62,508 bases of DNA from an uncultured Candidatus Saccharibacteria bacterium (GTDB taxonomy: Bacteria > Patescibacteriota > Doudnabacteria > UBA920): positions 1 through 62,508 of the forward strand of contig CAYGEJ010000007.1 in the NCBI GenBank assembly GCA_964348935.1. Reading direction: 5' to 3'. The notes under the pieces are model-generated. The model searched no databases, was not told where the DNA came from, and was given only the letters and a program-made list of their open reading frames with translations. A program made the translations under genes and the position numbers. Positions 27,298 through 36,476 of this stretch are shown in pieces (position 1 is the first letter of the stretch; every line of letters begins with the position of its first letter).

Positions 27298-28566
27298 ATG
27301 CCAAACCAGATTGTTGAAGGGAAGACAAAAATTATTACCGAGCTCGATGCTTTGACCGGTAAGGTAGTGATTCATTCCAAAGATGACATTACCGCCGGCG
27401 ACGGAAAGAAGCACGATGTCGTGCCTGGAAAAGGCGCGGCGTCTACTCGTACAACGAGTAACGTGTTTCGCTTACTCAAGATCTGCGGAATTCCGGTTGC
27501 GTTTGATGAGCAGGTAAACGATGTGAAATTTGTCGCTGACCGTTGCTCGATGATTCCTCTGGAGGTTGTTGTTCGCCGGCAGGCGTACGGCTCTTGCCTC
27601 GAGCGGAATCCTCATTTCAAAAAGGGACTCGTGTTTCCCCAGTTGAAATACGAGCTGTATTTGAAAACCAATGGACGCAAGTGGGGTGAATATGACCTTG
27701 TGTGTGATGATCCCCTCATAAAACTGACAACTGAAGGACAGTGTGAGCTCTACAACCCACACACGTCCATCCATGGCGCGAAGCCGTTCCTGACGCTTGA
27801 TGACTGGCCGCTTAAGGATCAGCCTGGGGTAAGCGATCAAATCTACCAATACGCACTCCAAGTATTTTTGATCTTGGAAAAGGCATGGTCGTTGCTTCGC
27901 GGAACTTTGATTGACTTCAAGTTGGAGTTTGGACTTCTTCCCGACAACAGCGTCGTGCTTGCCGACGTCGTCGACAGTGACTCGTGGCGCGTGCTTTTCG
28001 AAGGCGTTCATTTCGACAAGCAGTTTTACCGGGAGGGTGGAGACGTTCACAAGCTCTTGGAAAAATACGTTCAAGCCGCCGAGCTGACCTCGCGGTTCGC
28101 TTTGCCTAAGCAGGCAATGATTTTTTGGGTGGGTTCGCCCAGCGACAACTGTCAGAAAATGTTTGATGCCTATAACCGCTATTCCGTGCCTGGGGTGGAG
28201 TTATATCGTGTCGAAAGCTCTATGCACAAGGCGCCAATCCAAAGCATTCAGTCGCTCAACGCGAAGTTGGCGCAAGTCCCTGACAGTGTTGTTATTGCCT
28301 TCATTGGCATGAGTAACGGCGCTGGTCCGGCGCTGGCGGCGAACTGTACCGTTCCGGTTATTGCTGTGCCGGCGAATATGGTCGATTTCCCTGAAGATGT
28401 TTGGTCCTCGCTGCGGACGCCGAGCAATGTACCTCTCATGACAGTAACTGATCCTTCCAATGCTGTTTTGGCTGGGCTACAAATTCTGGCTATGCGGAAT
28501 CCGGCGCAGTATGCGAAATTGCGTTTTGCTCAGGAACAACGTCTCGTGAATTTTTTCACTTTCTAG
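27298..28566 (+). CDS. bifunctional SAICAR synthetase / AIR carboxylase (PurC-PurE fusion, PAICS-like)
   Basis: EGKTK, KDDITAGDG, IPLEVVVRR, LIDFKLEFG, DSDSWR; then GSPSD, SMHK, GMSNG, PVIAVP, DVWSSLRTPS. Confidence 0.9.
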   Translation: MPNQIVEGKTKIITELDALTGKVVIHSKDDITAGDGKKHDVVPGKGAASTRTTSNVFRLLKICGIPVAFDEQVNDVKFVADRCSMIPLEVVVRRQAYGSCLERNPHFKKGLVFPQLKYELYLKTNGRKWGEYDLVCDDPLIKLTTEGQCELYNPHTSIHGAKPFLTLDDWPLKDQPGVSDQIYQYALQVFLILEKAWSLLRGTLIDFKLEFGLLPDNSVVLADVVDSDSWRVLFEGVHFDKQFYREGGDVHKLLEKYVQAAELTSRFALPKQAMIFWVGSPSDNCQKMFDAYNRYSVPGVELYRVESSMHKAPIQSIQSLNAKLAQVPDSVVIAFIGMSNGAGPALAANCTVPVIAVPANMVDFPEDVWSSLRTPSNVPLMTVTDPSNAVLAGLQILAMRNPAQYAKLRFAQEQRLVNFFTF

Positions 28567-28700
28567 CTAATCTAGCCAGCTAACTTAGAACGCAGGGTCC
28601 TGGAGGAACCCTGCGTTTTTTATTTTGAATATAATATAATTTTGTGGATATCTAGTTAATAAATTACCTAAATTCTTTAAAACCTAATATTTTACGGGGC

Positions 28701-28755
28701 TTGAATTAAACTATATGTAGTATTATAATAAATATATATCTACTATATGTAGTAT
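28701..28755 (+). promoter_or_regulatory. nrdR-nrdJ promoter with tandem NrdR boxes
   Basis: TTGAAT-17-TATAAT; two ACTATATGTAGT cores at 28710 and 28742, 32 nt apart, matching the acaCwAtATaTwGtgt consensus. Confidence 0.85.
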
Positions 28756-28950
28756 ATTTTGAGAAACTTACAGAGGGTCGGGGAAATAAAAATAAAACAG
28801 AAGTAGGAGAATATAAATCGCTTAAATACACGATTAAATAGAGTTATTGCATATTATTGTAATGCAATGCTTATTTTTTGTCCCCAAAATTCAAAAAAAC
28901 ACAGTTAATTGCCCGGTTCCACTCAAATTTAAAAGTATTAAAAATAAAAT

Positions 28951-29397
28951 ATGCTTTGTCCAAATTGTCAGTATCAAGACACAAAAGTTATAGACAGTAG
29001 GCCAGTAGACGAAGGTACCGCTATTCGTAGGCGTAGAGAGTGTGAAAAATGCGAGTTTCGTTTTAGTACCTATGAAGAAATTGAAATCCTAGATTTGTCG
29101 GTAATTAAAAAGGGTGGGGCTAAACAAATGTTCTCTAAAGATAAGTTAGAAACCGCAATTAAAAGACCATTTGAAAAACTCCCGCATACAGAAGAGACGT
29201 TGCGTAAACTACTTTCCTCTATAGAAATAGAAATTCAGAAAAAAGCGAAAGACGGAGAAATAAGTAGCTTGGAAATAGGGGAAATAGTTATGAGGAAAAT
29301 AAAGAAAGTAGACAAAGTTGCTTATATCCGTTTTGCTGCAGTGTATAGACAGTTTGAAGATGTAGATGAGTTTAAAGAAGAGTTGCGCAAGCTGTAA
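28951..29397 (+). CDS. nrdR: transcriptional repressor NrdR
   Basis: CPNC..TKVIDSR..IRRRRECEKC..RFSTYE, ATP cone, VAYIRFAAVY. Confidence 0.97.
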   Translation: MLCPNCQYQDTKVIDSRPVDEGTAIRRRRECEKCEFRFSTYEEIEILDLSVIKKGGAKQMFSKDKLETAIKRPFEKLPHTEETLRKLLSSIEIEIQKKAKDGEISSLEIGEIVMRKIKKVDKVAYIRFAAVYRQFEDVDEFKEELRKL

Positions 29398-29504
29398 ACT
29401 TGCAAATCTAAATTCTAAATATCAAATTCTAAAAGAACCTAATAATAAATTTAATTAAGCAGTCCATTTGTCCGAATGGAATTAATGCTGGAAAATAAAT
29501 CAAT

Positions 29505-32201
29505 ATGCAAACCAAAGTAAACTTGCAAGAAAGAACCAAGAACGCCCTTTCTGAACTCGGCGAAAAAATATTTTTAGACCGCTATGCAGTTAAAGATGTA
29601 AAGCGCGAAACTTTAGCAGTAGGAGACACTGTAGTGGTATTAGTTAACCCAAAAACCGGACAACGTGAAATTGGTATTATAGACAGCATAAATTCGGACA
29701 CTAGAGAAGTTGCAGTAAGAATGAGAGACGGACAAATTGAGCACAGAACTATAGAGCATTTGGACAAGCCTCTTGAGTTAGTCCCAGAACAAATGTTTGA
29801 TCGTATTGCCAAGCATATCGCCAGCGTAGAAAAAACTGTAGAAAAGAAAACAGAATGGGAAGAAAAATTCCGCGCTCTTATGGACGACTGGAAGTACGTT
29901 CCAGCTGGTAGAATTTTTACTGGTGCAGGTACCGGACAGAATTTAACATTTTACAACTGTTACGTTATTCCACATCCAAAAGACAGCAGACATGGAATTT
30001 TTGAAACCTTGTCACAAATGGCAGAAATTATGTCTCGCGGTGGTGGAGTGGGTATTAATGTATCTTCTCTTCGCCCACGCTATGCTTACGTTAAAGGTGT
30101 AAATGGTAGAAGCAGTGGAGCTGTATCTTGGGCTTCGCTCTACAGTTTTGTAACTGGTCTTATAGAGCAAGGTGGAAGTAGAAGAGGAGCTTTAATGCTT
30201 ATTTTAAACTGCTGGCACCCAGATGTTTTAGATTTTATTAATGCCAAAAAAGAAGCTGGTAAAATTACTAACGCAAATATTTCTGTTGGTATTACCGACG
30301 ACTTTATGGAAGCTGTTAAGCAAGACAAGCCATGGGATTTAATTTTTCCAGACACCTCCGACCCATTATATAAAGATAAGTGGGATGGTAATATAAAGCG
30401 CTGGCAAGAAATTGGTGGAAAAATTATAAAGCATAAAACTGTTCGTGCTGCTGATATTTGGGAAAATATTATTTCTTCGGCTTGGTCTTCTGCTGAACCG
30501 GGTATGTATTTTATAGATCGTGCTAACTATTATAGCAACTCTTGGTATTTTGCAGACTTGCCATGTACTAACCCTTGTGGTGAACAGCCTCTTCCGGCTT
30601 GGGGTGTGTGTAACTTAGGACACGTAAACTTGTCTCGCCATATTAATAAAAATACTGGCGAGGTAATGTGGAATGAATTGAAGCAAACTGTACAGTATGC
30701 GGTACGCTTCCAAGACAATGTTATAGACGCTACTCCTTACTTCTTTGACGAAAATAAAAATCAACAATTAAGCGAGCGTCGTGTTGGTATGGGTACTATT
30801 GGACTCGCAGAAATGTTAATTTATAAAGAGCTACGCTACGGTAGTCCGGAAGCTGTGGATTTTATAGATAAGCTATATCAGTTTATTGCCGTGACTGCTT
30901 ACGAAACTTCAATTGAATTAGCTAGAGAAAAAGGTGCTTTTAAATTTTTTGAAGCAGACAAGTTTTTACAGTCCGGGTTTATGAAAAATATGCCGGAGTA
31001 TATTCGCAATTTGGTAAAGCAATACGGAATTCGTAATGTTACCATAATGACTCAGGCTCCAACTGGAACTGTGGGAACTATGGTGGGAACTTCAACAGGT
31101 ATTGAACCATTCTTTTCTTGGACTTATTTTAGAAAGTCTCGCTTGGGAGTCCATGAGGAGAAAATTAAACTGGCCAAGGATTGGCAAGATAAGCATCCCG
31201 GACAAGAACTGCCAGAGTACTTTGCAACAGCCATGAGCCTTGCTCCAGAGGAGCATGTAAGAGTGCAAGCTGCTGTTCAACGCTGGACAGATTCGGCAAT
31301 TTCCAAAACTTGCAATGCACCTGCGGAGTACACTATTGAACAAACCAAACAGTTATATCAATTAATGTACGATTTAGGTTGTAAGGGTGGAACTATTTAC
31401 AGAGACGGAAGTCGTGACGAACAAATTTTAGCAACCGACCACAAGAAGTTGGGCAAGGATGCATCTGATCAGGTACAGGCCAAGCAGGATTCCGCCTTCG
31501 CCAAGGCTACGTCGGACAAGGCGGTTGAGACAGGAGCATATCCAAAAGAGGTTATGTCTATCTCAGGTGATAATTTGCAAATTAAACTTGCACCAAGAAT
31601 GCGCCCAGACACTATGCACGGCGTAACTTACAAAATGAACACTGCTTATGGTAATTTGTACATTACTATTAACGAAGACGCACAGGGGCCATTTGAAGTT
31701 TTTGCAGCACTTGGAAAAGCTGGTGGATTCTTTAGCGCACAAACTGAAGCTATTACTAGAATTATTAGCCTGGCTCTTCGCTCTAACGTTGCAGTGGAAG
31801 AAGTTATAAACCAACTTAAAGGTATTCGTGGACCAGATGTAAGCTTTAGTTCCGAAGGCGTAGTGTTCTCTTTGCCAGACGCTATTGCTAAAGTTTTGGA
31901 AAAGCATATTAAGAGACATGACAAGCAACTTTCTTTGGACCTTCCAGCATCTAACAATGCAACTCACAGCAGACCTTCCGACTTACAACTAGAAACTAGT
32001 GTGCAGTTAGAAGAGAAGGTAGTAGAGACAATTAGCGAAAATAAAATTAAAGCTAATGGAACATTAACTTACAAGAAGACCGAAAAAATTTCTATTGCGA
32101 ATTTAGGTAATGCCCCAGTTTGTCCAACTTGTGCCAACATGCTCCAAATGGCTGAAGGATGTATGAAGTGTGAGTTTTGTGGGTACTCAAAATGTGGCTA
32201 G
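29505..32201 (+). CDS. nrdJ: class II (AdoCbl-dependent) ribonucleotide reductase with C-terminal TSCPD/Zn-ribbon region
   Basis: NCYV, QGGSRRGA, TNPCGEQ, CNLG, APTGT, SAISKTCN, GCKGGTIYRDGSR, CPTC..CEFCGYSKC. Confidence 0.95.
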   Translation: MQTKVNLQERTKNALSELGEKIFLDRYAVKDVKRETLAVGDTVVVLVNPKTGQREIGIIDSINSDTREVAVRMRDGQIEHRTIEHLDKPLELVPEQMFDRIAKHIASVEKTVEKKTEWEEKFRALMDDWKYVPAGRIFTGAGTGQNLTFYNCYVIPHPKDSRHGIFETLSQMAEIMSRGGGVGINVSSLRPRYAYVKGVNGRSSGAVSWASLYSFVTGLIEQGGSRRGALMLILNCWHPDVLDFINAKKEAGKITNANISVGITDDFMEAVKQDKPWDLIFPDTSDPLYKDKWDGNIKRWQEIGGKIIKHKTVRAADIWENIISSAWSSAEPGMYFIDRANYYSNSWYFADLPCTNPCGEQPLPAWGVCNLGHVNLSRHINKNTGEVMWNELKQTVQYAVRFQDNVIDATPYFFDENKNQQLSERRVGMGTIGLAEMLIYKELRYGSPEAVDFIDKLYQFIAVTAYETSIELAREKGAFKFFEADKFLQSGFMKNMPEYIRNLVKQYGIRNVTIMTQAPTGTVGTMVGTSTGIEPFFSWTYFRKSRLGVHEEKIKLAKDWQDKHPGQELPEYFATAMSLAPEEHVRVQAAVQRWTDSAISKTCNAPAEYTIEQTKQLYQLMYDLGCKGGTIYRDGSRDEQILATDHKKLGKDASDQVQAKQDSAFAKATSDKAVETGAYPKEVMSISGDNLQIKLAPRMRPDTMHGVTYKMNTAYGNLYITINEDAQGPFEVFAALGKAGGFFSAQTEAITRIISLALRSNVAVEEVINQLKGIRGPDVSFSSEGVVFSLPDAIAKVLEKHIKRHDKQLSLDLPASNNATHSRPSDLQLETSVQLEEKVVETISENKIKANGTLTYKKTEKISIANLGNAPVCPTCANMLQMAEGCMKCEFCGYSKCG

Positions 32202-32276
32202 GCGTGAATATAGAATATCGAATCTAGAATTATGATAACAAGCGGCCGGCTTACCAGCCGGCCGCTTTAAAAATAT

Positions 32277-32570
32277 ATGAATGAATATAATAGAAATCCA
32301 GAATTAGAAACAGAAAACTTATTTGAAGATCAACTAATGGTACTTATGGAAAAGATGGGTGCTAATGATTATCAGAAGTGGATATTTGAAAGCAATAACG
32401 AGTTGTTATTTTTTTCTAAACAAGAACTATCTAAGTATAAATTTTGGCATATTTTTGTAGGCGGTATTTATGGTAATAATGAAGAGAACCCTTTTGGCGA
32501 TTTACCAAGTGAGCATTCGTTATTAAAAGCTGTAGATATAAAGTTAAAAGAATATGAAAGCAAAACCTAA
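32277..32570 (+). CDS. hypothetical protein
   Basis: 97-aa ORF overlapping the start of the next gene. Confidence 0.55.
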   Translation: MNEYNRNPELETENLFEDQLMVLMEKMGANDYQKWIFESNNELLFFSKQELSKYKFWHIFVGGIYGNNEENPFGDLPSEHSLLKAVDIKLKEYESKT

Positions 32571-33183
32571 AAAACTAAAAATGCCAACAAAGTTTAGTGA
32601 CGAGCCTAAGGGTTTGGTTATTTGCTATATTGGAGCGGGTAAGGGTAAAACAACTGCAGCTATGGGTATGGCGGTAAGAGCAGCGGGTGACGGCAAGGAC
32701 GTTTGTATTTTGCAATTTGTAAAAGCCAAGGGCGCATCATCTTCCGATATAAAAGAAGGCGAGTGGCCAGTAAGTAGTGAAATTAATTTTTTTAACAATG
32801 CAAAAACTGAAAGTGGGATTGGTAAAATTGACAACGAACAGTTAGGTTTAGGTTTTGTTGGAATATTGGGAGACAAGAAAGAAAAAGATATTCATATTAA
32901 AGCTGCGCTGGACGGTTTAAATAGGGCTCGGGAAATTCTGGTATCGAACAAATACGAACTAATTATTTTAGACGAAATTATTTCGGCTTTAGAGGTTGGG
33001 TTAATTACCGAACAAGACATTGTAGATATTATAAAAATTAAGCCAGCTCTTACACATTTGGTAATTACTGGACATAATCACTTTCCAAAAATTTTAGAAT
33101 TATGTGATTTAGTCACAGAAATGAAAATGATCCAACACCCATATTATAAAGGGATTTTGGCACAGAGGGGGATAGACTATTAA
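32554..33183 (+). CDS. cobO: cob(I)alamin adenosyltransferase (CobO/BtuR family)
   Basis: GAGKGKTTAAMGMAVRA, QFVK, LIILDEI, LVITG, DLVTEM, HPY..G..AQRGIDY. Confidence 0.94.
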   Translation: MKAKPKKLKMPTKFSDEPKGLVICYIGAGKGKTTAAMGMAVRAAGDGKDVCILQFVKAKGASSSDIKEGEWPVSSEINFFNNAKTESGIGKIDNEQLGLGFVGILGDKKEKDIHIKAALDGLNRAREILVSNKYELIILDEIISALEVGLITEQDIVDIIKIKPALTHLVITGHNHFPKILELCDLVTEMKMIQHPYYKGILAQRGIDY

Positions 33184-33241
33184 AGCAGTGACAAGTGACT
33201 AGTTACTAGTGACGAGAAGGGGCAAATTACAAGCATTTTTG

Positions 33242-33311
33242 TGTCATCCTGAATATATTTTGGGGATCCATGTTCTATTATTCTGGATTCCGAAACAAGT
33301 TTGGAATGACA
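33242..33311. repeat. TGTCAT...ATGACA palindromic repeat element, copy 2 (intergenic)
   Basis: TGTCATCCTGAA...GGGATCCA..TGGATTCC...TTGGAATGACA. Confidence 0.7.
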
Positions 33312-33355
33312 GACATTGGATGACAAATTATCAACCACACGCTATAATTAGATTT

Positions 33356-33844
33356 ATGAATTCAATAAATGCCAAGGTAAATTTAGCAGTTAAGCTACTT
33401 TGTATAAGTTTAGTAGTATTTGGCGTACTGTTTACCTACACAAGATATATTTTTTATAATAGCAGTAAAGTTGCAATTGGGATTATTTCTAAAATTAACA
33501 AGGTGACTAATTCTGATTGTTATAGAGGTTGCTATTTGACACGTGAAGTTACAATTAGTTTTAAGGATAATGAAAATAGGCTAGCGGTAGACAGTAGCGA
33601 GTATTTTACGGGGACCCTTGTATCCGGGGTATTAAGCGTTGGTAATAAAGTTAAAGTATTATATAAGCCAACACAGGTAAGGTCAGATATTTTAGACTTT
33701 ATGATAATTAAGAATATAGGAACCCCTGCGTATGTTGTTGAGTTATATACCTGGCATTATTGGGTTTATCCTATATTACTAATTTTTAGTGGACCACTGT
33801 TGTATTTATTTTATAGAAAATGGAGTGAGACTAATTATATTTAA
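33356..33844 (+). CDS. membrane protein (TM - beta domain - TM, DUF3592-like layout)
   Basis: Two terminal TMs, VGNKVKVLYKP; start trimmed to MNSIN because the upstream extension reads through a repeat. Confidence 0.6.
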   Translation: MNSINAKVNLAVKLLCISLVVFGVLFTYTRYIFYNSSKVAIGIISKINKVTNSDCYRGCYLTREVTISFKDNENRLAVDSSEYFTGTLVSGVLSVGNKVKVLYKPTQVRSDILDFMIIKNIGTPAYVVELYTWHYWVYPILLIFSGPLLYLFYRKWSETNYI

Positions 33845-33846
33845 AT

Positions 33847-34335
33847 ATGAATCAAAATTATACAAAATTTATTTTAGCTTTATCTGTAGTTATTTTAGTT
33901 TCTGCGGGGTGTAATAAAGCTCAGGTGTATCAAGAACCTCAAAAAGAAGTTAAGGAAAATGTAGATGAAACTGAGGTTAAGCCAAGCACTAAGGCCACTA
34001 CAAGACAGAATGCTGGAGGGGCAGATTATAAACCTCAAACAGAAACGTCATCAATGCTAACTGTAGACCAGAAGGTAGAGGGCTCCGCAGATTACACACA
34101 GCATCCTTATAAGGAAAGCCAAACAGCTTACGATGTGTTAACTGCAACGCATAAAGTTGAAGCTAGAGACTATGGAGCTATGGGGAAGTTTGTGCAAAGT
34201 ATAGACGGGGTAAAAGCAGATAGTGGACACTTTTGGGAATTTTGGTTAAATGGAAAAAGTAGTAATGTTGGCGCAAGTAGCTACAAGCTACAAAATGGTG
34301 ATAAGCTAGAATGGAAATTAACAGTAATTAAATAA
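33847..34335 (+). CDS. lipoprotein with DUF4430 (transcobalamin C-terminal-like) domain, probable B12-binding
   Basis: Lipobox VSAGC; FVQSIDGV..FWEFWLNGK..VGASSYKLQNGDKLEW. Confidence 0.85.
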   Translation: MNQNYTKFILALSVVILVSAGCNKAQVYQEPQKEVKENVDETEVKPSTKATTRQNAGGADYKPQTETSSMLTVDQKVEGSADYTQHPYKESQTAYDVLTATHKVEARDYGAMGKFVQSIDGVKADSGHFWEFWLNGKSSNVGASSYKLQNGDKLEWKLTVIK

Positions 34336-34339
34336 ATTT

Positions 34340-34966
34340 ATGATTATATACTTAATAATAATTCTTTCTGTAGTAACTCGTTTTATTCCTCACATGCCTA
34401 ACCTTTCAATAGTTACAGCACTTGGGATTTTTAGTGCGGTATATTTGTCTAAAAAAGAAGCAATTGCCATTCCTTTAGCAGTAAGGTTTGTGTCAGACAT
34501 ATTCTTAGGGTTTTTCTCTTGGCCTTTAATGGTTGCAGTTTACGCAGCCCACTTGGTTGGTGTGTTGTTTGGTTTATGGATTCGTAAGTCTAGTGTTCCT
34601 ATGGCTGTCATTCCGAGCGAGTCAGACGAGTCGAGGAATCGCTTAAATTTAAAAGATAAGGGATCCTTCCATTCACCTTCGGATGCACTCAGGTTCAGTC
34701 AGGATGACAATAAAATTGAATGGTTTAGAATAGTCGCATCTTCCTTAGGTTCTTCCATAATATTTTTTCTTGTAACAAATTTTGCATATTTGTATGCAGA
34801 ATACCCACACAATTTTACAGGTGTAATGCTTGCTTATACAAATGGACTACCATTTCTAAGAGGGACAATTTTAGGTGACCTTGGTTATAGCTTAGCTTTA
34901 TTTGGAAGTTTAGCTTTAGTGCAATACGCAATAAAAAGTAAAAATCTAAAATTAGTTAAAATTTAA
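34340..34966 (+). CDS. DUF6580-like membrane transporter component (probable cobalamin S-component) with an in-frame repeat insertion
   Basis: RFIPHMPN, SDIFLGF, FFLVTNFA, YPHNFTG...Y..GLPFLR..LGDL. Confidence 0.8.
   Translation: MIIYLIIILSVVTRFIPHMPNLSIVTALGIFSAVYLSKKEAIAIPLAVRFVSDIFLGFFSWPLMVAVYAAHLVGVLFGLWIRKSSVPMAVIPSESDESRNRLNLKDKGSFHSPSDALRFSQDDNKIEWFRIVASSLGSSIIFFLVTNFAYLYAEYPHNFTGVMLAYTNGLPFLRGTILGDLGYSLALFGSLALVQYAIKSKNLKLVKI
34606..34709. repeat. TGTCAT...ATGACA palindromic element, copy 3, inserted in-frame in a CDS
   Basis: TGTCATTCCGAGCGA...GAGGAATC...GGATCC...CAGGATGACA, translated as VIPSESDESRNR...FSQDD. Confidence 0.8.
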
Positions 34967-34973
34967 ACCTAAT

Positions 34974-35825
34974 ATGTTTAGGCACAGATCACCTGAAATT
35001 AATACTGGACAAGGAGTAGAATGGGGAGAAGAGGCAAAAGATTTTTATGATTATTTTAGTTCTTGTCAAAATGAAGTATCGTATCTTTTAAGGCATTATA
35101 ATAGAGAATTAATAGTTGGACCAAAATATAAAACTTATACAAGTTCTGGTATTGATGTAGAATCTTTTACACTGTTTTTTCAAGATAACCGTAGTGATTC
35201 AAATGAATGTAAAGACTTTTTCATATTTTCATTTGATAAAAATGGTGTGTTTTTAGGTTTTCGTATTATTAATATTACAAACGATGTAGCGAGTGGGGTG
35301 ATAGCCTCAAGATTTCGTGGAAAAGGAATTTCAAGTGCTATTGACTTGGTAACAATGGATATACTTCAAGCAGAATTAAATAATAGCACTAAGAATACGA
35401 ATTTAACTTGGCGTATAATTAATCAAAATTTAAATGATTTAGCAGATTTAAATATAATGTATGAACTTGATGAGTTAAGCAATGAAGATATAATAGAGCA
35501 AAAGAAGAAGGAACAAAAACGATGGCTGGCTTTATATGGTGGCAAGGGCTCGCTTGGCGCTACCGAAGGAGCAGAATCCAAAGAGTATTATAAGAAATTT
35601 GAGAAAAAGCCTGAAGTGGTAGATTCGTCTAATGAAAACTATGTTAGGATAGAAAGAGGAAGCAATGCGGATTTAGATATTAGTAAACGAACAGTTGATG
35701 CTTTTATAGATAAAGATGAGGCAATAAAAATAAAGCAAAGAAGAATTGAAATGCTAAAAAAATTTATTTTAGATTCGTCTCCCAAGGGTTCAATGGTTAT
35801 AGATTTAAGAAGTGAATATGAATAA
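34974..35825 (+). CDS. hypothetical protein
   Basis: 283-aa ORF; FRGKGIS is weakly GNAT-like. Confidence 0.65.
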   Translation: MFRHRSPEINTGQGVEWGEEAKDFYDYFSSCQNEVSYLLRHYNRELIVGPKYKTYTSSGIDVESFTLFFQDNRSDSNECKDFFIFSFDKNGVFLGFRIINITNDVASGVIASRFRGKGISSAIDLVTMDILQAELNNSTKNTNLTWRIINQNLNDLADLNIMYELDELSNEDIIEQKKKEQKRWLALYGGKGSLGATEGAESKEYYKKFEKKPEVVDSSNENYVRIERGSNADLDISKRTVDAFIDKDEAIKIKQRRIEMLKKFILDSSPKGSMVIDLRSEYE

Positions 35826-36252
35826 AGGTTTAGATTTTGTAGGAGTTACAATAGTTTACTTTTGTCACAACGGCAAAGGGAATTTTGTAATGGCAAAACG
35901 TTCTAAAAATTGTAGGGATGAAATTGGCAAGTGGGATGTAGGTGCAGGAGCGCTTGAAGTAGAAGATTCAGTAGAGCAAACCTTACGAAAAGAAATAATG
36001 GAAGAATACTCTACAGAAGTTTTGTCTTTTGAATTTTTGGGGTTTAGGGACGTAATGGGCCATAAAGGAAATAATTTTTCTCACTGGTTAGCTTTAGATT
36101 TTAAAGTATTAGTGAACCCAGGGCAAGTAAAAATTGGCGAACCCCATAAGTTTGATGATTTAAAGTGGTTTACTTTAGAAAATCTTTTACCCACACAAGA
36201 ATTGCATTCTCAACTACCTTATTTTTTGAAAAAATATAACGGAAAATTATGA
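35818..36252 (+). CDS. NUDIX hydrolase
   Basis: GAGALEVEDSVEQTLRKEIMEEY Nudix box; EPHKF..LKWF. Confidence 0.88.
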   Translation: MNKGLDFVGVTIVYFCHNGKGNFVMAKRSKNCRDEIGKWDVGAGALEVEDSVEQTLRKEIMEEYSTEVLSFEFLGFRDVMGHKGNNFSHWLALDFKVLVNPGQVKIGEPHKFDDLKWFTLENLLPTQELHSQLPYFLKKYNGKL

Positions 36253-36476
36253 AGCTTACAATTGTAGTACATGTAAACTCGAAGAAGCCAAGAACAGAAA
36301 AAGACAGCACAGGAATTTTGCATGTTTATGTAAGTAAGCCACCTGTGGATGGTCAGGCAAATTTAGCGGTTATTGAGGCATTGGTCGCTCATTTCAAAGT
36401 TAGTAAAACCCAAATTCAATTGATCAGGGGAGGAAAATCCAAACAAAAAACCTTCGAAATTTATGGGCTTAAGTAA
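36249..36476 (+). CDS. DUF167 (YggU-like) protein
   Basis: PPVDGQAN..VIE.L..HFKV...I.LIRG.KSKQK. Confidence 0.9.
   Translation: MKLTIVVHVNSKKPRTEKDSTGILHVYVSKPPVDGQANLAVIEALVAHFKVSKTQIQLIRGGKSKQKTFEIYGLK

Noticed and set aside
28760..28950. Cobalamin riboswitch ahead of nrdR-nrdJ
   Set aside because: No B12-box or other conserved core could be found; the NrdR boxes account for the regulation.
29505..32201. Intein or intron in nrdJ
   Set aside because: Catalytic motifs are contiguous and there are no intein splice motifs; the extra length comes from the C-terminal domain and short repeat inserts.
33209..33355. N-terminal extension of the 211-aa ORF
   Set aside because: It translates through a palindromic repeat and a heptamer tract; MNSIN is the more plausible start.
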